Positions 58,180 to 64,000 of a stretch of DNA of 64,000 nucleotides are shown piece by piece. The stretch covers positions 1,387-65,386 of the forward strand of contig MEOG01000020.1 of NCBI GenBank assembly GCA_001769125.1, read 5' to 3'. Under the pieces are notes generated by a model, which did not search any database, had not been told where the DNA came from, and saw only the letters and a list, made by a program, of their open reading frames with translations. The translations under genes and the position numbers were made by a program. Source of the DNA: Bacteroidetes bacterium GWF2_35_48. Its GTDB lineage: Bacteria; Bacteroidota; Bacteroidia; Bacteroidales; GWF2-35-48. How positions within the stretch are numbered: the stretch's first letter is position 1; every line of letters starts with the position of its first letter.

Positions 58180-58992
58180 CTAATGTTTAATTCCTCCAAA
58201 TTTCCAGGAGTTACCATTTCTGAAAATGATATAGGTTGAAGATAAATCAATCGAAGGCGTTATTTTAAGCAAATTCTTAATTTCTTTTTTTGAAAAATAT
58301 CTTGTTTGTGGAGTAACTAATTGGTCAAAAGCTACATGTCTGAAAAAAGCAAACTCTCTTTTTGAAATCCAGCAAGAGTATTCGTATAAAGGGAATTTTT
58401 GAAAAAGAGTTATTTTTGAAACTGTTTTGGCGTAAAAAAAATAAGCAGCAGAGAGAGGAGTTGCTATACAATATTTTGTAACCCACCAAGGCAATTTTGA
58501 AGATATTCTTCTTATAGGATCGACAAAATACCGGATAATAGTATTACCTTCTTTCGCATATACCCAACAATGAAATCTTCCTCCTTTTTCAGTGTTTTCC
58601 AATACTGATTTGAACCCGCTTAGTGGATTTTTAAGGTGATGAAGAACACCAATACAGTATACTAGGTCGTATTTCTCTTTTGTAAGGAATGAGGTCAGAT
58701 CTTCTTTTATTATTGAATAATTTTTATAGTTAGTGTTTCGCATATTAATTTCGCAGGATGATACTGAGTTGCCCAGATCAACTCCTGTTAAAAATTTTGG
58801 TTTTAATGATGCTACATGAACCATTAAGCTTCCGTTTCCACATCCAAGTTCAAGGATTTTTTTATCCTTGATGTTTTCTTCTTTTAATGGATGAAACCAA
58901 TCTGCAAATTGTTCATACGTGTAAATAGTCCCTTCTGGTAAATTGTTCCAAGAGGTTGAAAAAGCAGTTGCAGTTTTTTGATCACTATTCAT
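58180..58992 (-). CDS. Class I SAM-dependent methyltransferase
   Basis: Motifs ILELGCGNG and YCIGVLHHL. Confidence 0.88.
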   Translation of the reverse strand: MNSDQKTATAFSTSWNNLPEGTIYTYEQFADWFHPLKEENIKDKKILELGCGNGSLMVHVASLKPKFLTGVDLGNSVSSCEINMRNTNYKNYSIIKEDLTSFLTKEKYDLVYCIGVLHHLKNPLSGFKSVLENTEKGGRFHCWVYAKEGNTIIRYFVDPIRRISSKLPWWVTKYCIATPLSAAYFFYAKTVSKITLFQKFPLYEYSCWISKREFAFFRHVAFDQLVTPQTRYFSKKEIKNLLKITPSIDLSSTYIIFRNGNSWKFGGIKH

Positions 58993-59331
58993 TTTGAAAT
59001 TTTAATCTTCATAAATTTAATACATAAAAAAAATGCTTAACATGATAATATAAAGTTGTTTTTAGTTTATGGCTTTAATAAAAATTCATCGAATTCTAAA
59101 TTATTTTAATGTTTTAACTAATTTGTTCAATAAATTTGATTCCAGATTTTTCTTTAATTTTAAAGAAAAATTATTTCAAATGAGTGACACAAATGTTTTG
59201 AAAAGTAAAAGCAGAAAACATTAAGTTTTTATTGTAAGTAATTATTCTTTTTTGTAATCCATATAGTTAATATTTATTAATTCGATTTTAAACCCAAATT
59301 TATTATATTGATTATAGTGTCTGGTATACCA

Positions 59332-60273
59332 TTAATTATCTATGTTTATTTTTTCTTTTATTGTAAAAGGAAATTTATTCTGACTTTCAAAATAAGTTCT
59401 CATTATCATTTCAGCAATAACTCCAAGCAAAATCATTAAAATTCCAACAATAAAAAACATGGCTGATAAGGTTGGTAAAGGTGTTTGTATAAAATCCTTC
59501 TGACCTGTAATTTTAAAATATACCGCGAAAGCTGCACATGCAAACATTACAATAAAAGATAAAATTCCAGCCCCTCCAAAAAAATGAATTGGCCGATGCA
59601 TGAATTTGTCAAGAAATTTTATTAGAATCAAATCAAGAATTACTTTGTAAATTCTAAAAAGTCCATAATTACTTTTACCATAAATTCTGGGTTTATAACT
59701 TACAGGAATTTCAGTTACTTTTCCTCCCTGCCAGTTACAAAAAACAGGAATGAAGCGGTGCATTTGTCCATATAGTCTAACATCTTTTATAATATCTTTT
59801 CGGTATGCTTTGAGAGTACATCCATAATCATGCAAATGAACCCCTGAAATTTTGCTTATAAGTTTATTAGCAATAATTGAAGGCAGTTTCCTTGATAAAA
59901 ATTTTCCTTCCCACCTGTCCTTTCTCCAACCACTAACCACATCATAACCCTTTTCTAATACATTCAGGAGATTTTTAATATCATTTGGGTCGTTTTCCAG
60001 ATCGCTGTCTATAAGCACAATAATATCTCCTTTAGCGAATTGTATCCCTGCGTTTATAGCCGCAGTTTGGCCGAAATTTCTTTTGAAATTAATAAGCTTA
60101 ACACAGGAGTTATCTATAGCTGTTTTTTTTAATTCTTCCCAACTGGAATCTACTGATCCATCATTTACTGCAATTATTTCATAGGAATAATTTATCAGAG
60201 ATTCATGTAAAAGAGAAAACAAGACGGAAATATTTTTGGACTCGTTATATATTGGAATAACTATTGAAATCAT
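59332..60273 (-). CDS. GT2 polyprenol-phosphate glycosyltransferase (ArnC/GtrB-like)
   Basis: Motifs IPIYNE, VNDGS.D, RNFGQTAA, IDSDLEND and HDYGC, plus two C-terminal TM helices. Confidence 0.9.
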   Translation of the reverse strand: MISIVIPIYNESKNISVLFSLLHESLINYSYEIIAVNDGSVDSSWEELKKTAIDNSCVKLINFKRNFGQTAAINAGIQFAKGDIIVLIDSDLENDPNDIKNLLNVLEKGYDVVSGWRKDRWEGKFLSRKLPSIIANKLISKISGVHLHDYGCTLKAYRKDIIKDVRLYGQMHRFIPVFCNWQGGKVTEIPVSYKPRIYGKSNYGLFRIYKVILDLILIKFLDKFMHRPIHFFGGAGILSFIVMFACAAFAVYFKITGQKDFIQTPLPTLSAMFFIVGILMILLGVIAEMIMRTYFESQNKFPFTIKEKINIDN

Positions 60274-60281
60274 ATAAAATA

Positions 60282-61754
60282 CTAATTAGAATTAATATGC
60301 AATATATTTCTTTTTTTGAAAATTTCTATAAATATTTTTTGTTTTAGCATATTTATTAAACAAAAAGAATAGAGTATCTCAAAAGTAATGATTGGAATTA
60401 AATATCTGAAATCATTTGATTTGAATATAATTGCGTGAATGAAATAAAAGTATATCAGAATTAAAGAAATTAATAAAAAAGGGGCATTTAAATTATGGTT
60501 TATTATTAAAATTATAATAAATAAAAAACTTAATATTTGAGTCACCCAAAAACAAAAATCAACAAAATATCGGAATACTAAAAGCCATTTATTCGTAGTA
60601 TTATATTCGCCAAACATTCTGTAAGTTGAGCTGGAAAAGATTAACCGTGAAAGGAATTTCAAAGGGGAATAAAAATAATAAATTATTTTTTTTTCCATCT
60701 TAACAGAATTTGTATATTCCTTAAGCTTCTTTTTTATTTGTATATTCTTGGCAATTCTAATACTGTCAGATATTGCATTATTAAATGAAGTTAAACCATC
60801 TTGAGCAATTAAAATATCCTTTTTCATATTAATCAAAGTATCTTTGTTAAATTTTGATGTAAAAATATTTTTATCATAGGGACAGTTTTTAGTGTTTGAA
60901 TAAAACCATACATTGTTTTCCCATTCTTCTCCTATTGATTGAAGAAAATGGATCATATCCATTGAATGCATTTTTTCGTTGAGATAAACAGGATGAAATA
61001 TAGTTGGAGTTGTTAGGTTTATTTTATTTTTATAATGGTAGTTACCTGCAATCCAAACGCCTTCGAAAAGAATCAATGGAAGAAAAAAAAGTATTGAATA
61101 CCTGATAAGATGCAATATCCCTTTTTTGTAATCTTTAATAATGAAATATAGGAAAAACAGTAAAAATAAAGGAAAACAAACTGGTCTTAAAAATGCCATC
61201 CAGGTAAGAAGAATTCCTATAATGACTATATTGAATGTTGTTCTTTTATAAACAAGTAAAAACACACTTATTAACATGAACGAAGAAGTGAAACTTTCTG
61301 TTAATGCAGCGATATCATAAAATGAAATAATAGGGAATAAAAAATATCCTAAAAAGGTTATAATGAATATCTTAAATCTGTTAACTATCCGAAACGCAAA
61401 TAATGCAAGCAAATAAAGTGAAATTGAGGCAAAAATATATTGAATAAAAATTATAATATTTAGAGAGGTTCCTGATTCGAAAACAAAACGAAGTAAGTAA
61501 TAGGGCAAGCCATAACCAAACATTCTGTATTGAAATAAAAAAGAAAAATCTTTGTGATGAATAAGGTTTTCTATTGGTTGAATATAGCTGGATGTATCAT
61601 TTGAAATATAGCCGATAAATCCTTTTATGTTAATTATATCGTCTGGTTTAGTAGAAAAAAAGAGGATGAAAAAAATAAAAACAACAAATTTTAAAAGGAA
61701 AGCAACTATAAGCCAAAATTTCCAATTTTCTGGATTAATTTCCAATTTTCTCAT
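60282..61754 (-). CDS. Polytopic membrane protein, likely a GT-C (ArnT/PMT-like) transferase
   Basis: Motifs DTSSY...YRMFGYG, LTESF and LRP, with many TM segments. Confidence 0.55.
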   Translation of the reverse strand: MRKLEINPENWKFWLIVAFLLKFVVFIFFILFFSTKPDDIINIKGFIGYISNDTSSYIQPIENLIHHKDFSFLFQYRMFGYGLPYYLLRFVFESGTSLNIIIFIQYIFASISLYLLALFAFRIVNRFKIFIITFLGYFLFPIISFYDIAALTESFTSSFMLISVFLLVYKRTTFNIVIIGILLTWMAFLRPVCFPLFLLFFLYFIIKDYKKGILHLIRYSILFFLPLILFEGVWIAGNYHYKNKINLTTPTIFHPVYLNEKMHSMDMIHFLQSIGEEWENNVWFYSNTKNCPYDKNIFTSKFNKDTLINMKKDILIAQDGLTSFNNAISDSIRIAKNIQIKKKLKEYTNSVKMEKKIIYYFYSPLKFLSRLIFSSSTYRMFGEYNTTNKWLLVFRYFVDFCFWVTQILSFLFIIILIINHNLNAPFLLISLILIYFYFIHAIIFKSNDFRYLIPIITFEILYSFCLINMLKQKIFIEIFKKRNILHINSN

Positions 61755-62697
61755 ACCATTCGTTGAATTTTTTTAATCCCTCAGTAATGTTGAATTTTGG
61801 ATTATATCCCAGGAGACGTTGTGCTTTTTCAATATTTGCATGAGTAATAATCATCTCACCTTCTCTTAATTTTTGGTTTTTTCTAATAATTTTTATTCCT
61901 GAAAGTTCCTCAATCTGTTGTATTAAATCTTTTAGAAAGATATATTGATTATTGCCAAGATTAATTATTTCATAAATTGGGTTTTGGGATTCTTTTAAAA
62001 ATTTAACACCTGCAACAATACCGTCTAAAATATCTTCAATATACGTGTAGTCGCGTGCAGTGAGGCCGTCTCCGTATACATCAACAGGTTTTGACTTGTA
62101 AGCGCTGTCAAAAAATTTATAAATAGCTAAATCGGGTCGGAGACGAGGACCATAAACAGAAAAAAAACGAAAATTAATTATTTTATAATTATAAAGATTA
62201 AAATATGAATAATTTAAAAGCTCCATCGATTTTTTAGTAACAGCGTATACAGAAACCGGGCTGTTTGCTTTTTGTTCCTCTTTAAACGGTATTTTATCGC
62301 CATTTCCATAAACAGATGAAGATGAAGCAAAAATGAGTTTATCACAACAAAATGCCTGCATTATATTTAAAATAGAAAGAGAGCCAGCAATGTTTGTGGA
62401 TATATATTCCTCAGGGTTCTTAATTGAACCCATAACTCCCGCTTTGGCTGCTAAATGAATAACAAGATCAAATGTTCCGGTTATTTTACTTTTTATAAAT
62501 TTTTCATCCTGAATATCTGCTTCTAAAAAATAAAATGCATTACAACTTAAACTTTTTGATAAATTGATTAACTTTATTTGCTTTGAATAAAAAATATCAA
62601 AATTATCAATTCCGATAACTGAATGTCCCTCGCTTAATAATTTTTCTGAAAGATGGGATCCTATAAAACCAGCAACTCCTGTTATTAGTATTCTCAT
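61735..62697 (-). CDS. NAD-dependent epimerase, UDP-glucuronate 4-epimerase-like
   Basis: Motifs TGVAGFIGSH, HLAAKAGV, ASSSSVYG, YAVTK and RFFSVYGPRLRPDLA. Confidence 0.85.
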   Translation of the reverse strand: MRILITGVAGFIGSHLSEKLLSEGHSVIGIDNFDIFYSKQIKLINLSKSLSCNAFYFLEADIQDEKFIKSKITGTFDLVIHLAAKAGVMGSIKNPEEYISTNIAGSLSILNIMQAFCCDKLIFASSSSVYGNGDKIPFKEEQKANSPVSVYAVTKKSMELLNYSYFNLYNYKIINFRFFSVYGPRLRPDLAIYKFFDSAYKSKPVDVYGDGLTARDYTYIEDILDGIVAGVKFLKESQNPIYEIINLGNNQYIFLKDLIQQIEELSGIKIIRKNQKLREGEMIITHANIEKAQRLLGYNPKFNITEGLKKFNEWYEKIGN

Positions 62698-62879
62698 TAT
62701 TTAATATTTGGACTTGACATTTTCGAGTGAATATAACCTGATAAATTTTAAGAACTAAAAATTATTTTAAATGAAAAAATAGTTACAACCTAATGATCGA
62801 AAAAATACAAATTTATGAAAAACAAACAAATAAATTTAAATAATCACACTTTTATCTTAAATGCAGATTTTTTATTAAT

Positions 62880-64000
62880 TTAAGGTATTTGCTTCTTTCT
62901 TCGAATTTTCAGAAATTGCAATTTTACTATAACCTGGTTTTTAAGATATAAAAATTCTTCAATTTTAAAAATCAAGGACAATGTTGTGTATACAATTATT
63001 CCAATTCCGCACAATACAAAAAGTTCTATGTAACAGGAATAGAAATTTATGAAATGCGAAATGGAAAATACAATGGCAAACATGGACAATGTTAATAAAG
63101 CAGATGGAATTAATCCAATAATATACTTATATAATGATATTTTTAATAGCATTTTTGTCATAATCATTGAAATTAAAAAAGTTATTATTGCAGAAAGTAC
63201 TATGAGGTATAGTACTGTAGTCATTCCAAAATACATTCCTGCAACAATTGATAACACGTATAATGCTTTATTGATAATATCTACTTTTAAAACAAGATCA
63301 GATCTTCCTCTTGATAAAATTGTTTGTTGAAGTATAACAATTAAAGGAATTACGATACCTGCAATACATAGTATTTTAAAATAAAAAACAGAAGGAAGCC
63401 ATTTTGAAGAAAATAAAATTATGAACATTGGTTTTGCAACTAGTAATAATCCTACCATTATTGGGAAATTAACATATGCAACTAGTTTGAAAAATTTTAA
63501 ATGTATGCGAAATAACTCTTTATTATCTTCTATTTTTGAAAATATCGGAAAAACGATATTTGTTAAAATAGACGAAGTATTATCTATTGAAAGGTCACGC
63601 GTTGATTTTGCTCTGGTAAAATACCCTAATATTGAAGATGAAAACATCTTTCCTATAAACAAAGAATCAAAGTTTTTAAATATTTTTTCTAAAATATATG
63701 ATATTAATATATTAGACCCAAAACGGAATAATTTTTTAAAAGAAATCCAGTTAAAAGGAGCCCGGGGTTTCCATCTCGTGAAATAAAATAAAAATATGCA
63801 GTTCGTAACAGAATAAATTATTGTTTGTGCAACAAGACTATAAACTCCGGCTCCAAGGTAAGCCATAACAATTGCAACAGGTGCAGATGCAATGACACTC
63901 AATAATGTGATTAAATTTACTTTTTTAAACTCTAGATTTTTGACTAATATATAGTTTGGAACCATTCCAAATGAATTTATAATAAATGAAATGGAAAGCC
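62880..64000 (-). CDS. WzxC/PST-type flippase (3' part; 5' end beyond the window)
   Basis: Motifs FRFGSN, IGKMFSSSILGYFTRA and FPIFSK. The frame stays open from 63965 to the window end. Confidence 0.85.
   Translation of the reverse strand, partial: LSISFIINSFGMVPNYILVKNLEFKKVNLITLLSVIASAPVAIVMAYLGAGVYSLVAQTIIYSVTNCIFLFYFTRWKPRAPFNWISFKKLFRFGSNILISYILEKIFKNFDSLFIGKMFSSSILGYFTRAKSTRDLSIDNTSSILTNIVFPIFSKIEDNKELFRIHLKFFKLVAYVNFPIMVGLLLVAKPMFIILFSSKWLPSVFYFKILCIAGIVIPLIVILQQTILSRGRSDLVLKVDIINKALYVLSIVAGMYFGMTTVLYLIVLSAIITFLISMIMTKMLLKISLYKYIIGLIPSALLTLSMFAIVFSISHFINFYSCYIELFVLCGIGIIVYTTLSLIFKIEEFLYLKNQVIVKLQFLKIRRKKQIP

Overview
Bacteroidota-type chromosomal window (TAnnTTTG -7 promoter boxes, a T9SS C-terminal domain, EF-G2, AT-rich DNA), probably from an anaerobic or microaerobic Bacteroidales-like organism. 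The left half (1-32.4 kb) holds housekeeping and stress genes: hcp with a 2x[4Fe-4S] protein and two paralogous Rrf2 regulators flanking a TPR-PP2C sensor, xdhC-xdhA-xdhB, dcp, rfbB, a PHP tyrosine phosphatase, cmk-ispH, a PPi-type PFK, Fic, an alpha-oxoamine synthase, purD, secreted Ig-like/FISUMP proteins and EF-G2. The right half (32.4-64 kb) is a large, more AT-rich surface-polysaccharide locus with two flippases, two glucuronyl C5-epimerase-like genes, two amidotransferases, a deacetylase, a formyltransferase, an ATP-grasp enzyme, a LegB/aminotransferase/nucleotidyltransferase set and triplicated glycosyltransferase domains. The most striking non-genic signal is a layered set of small non-autonomous mobile DNAs: GTAG-type REP palindromes; a ~24-nt micro-element found at the symmetry axis of other palindromes, once inside itself and once in-frame inside a gene; three nested MITEs, each with its own terminal inverted repeats and target-site duplication; and a REP-anchored duplication of the xdhC 3' end around a toxin-antitoxin remnant. 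No rRNA, tRNA, CRISPR array or transposase was recognised. All calls come from reading the sequence and motifs by eye, without database searches.
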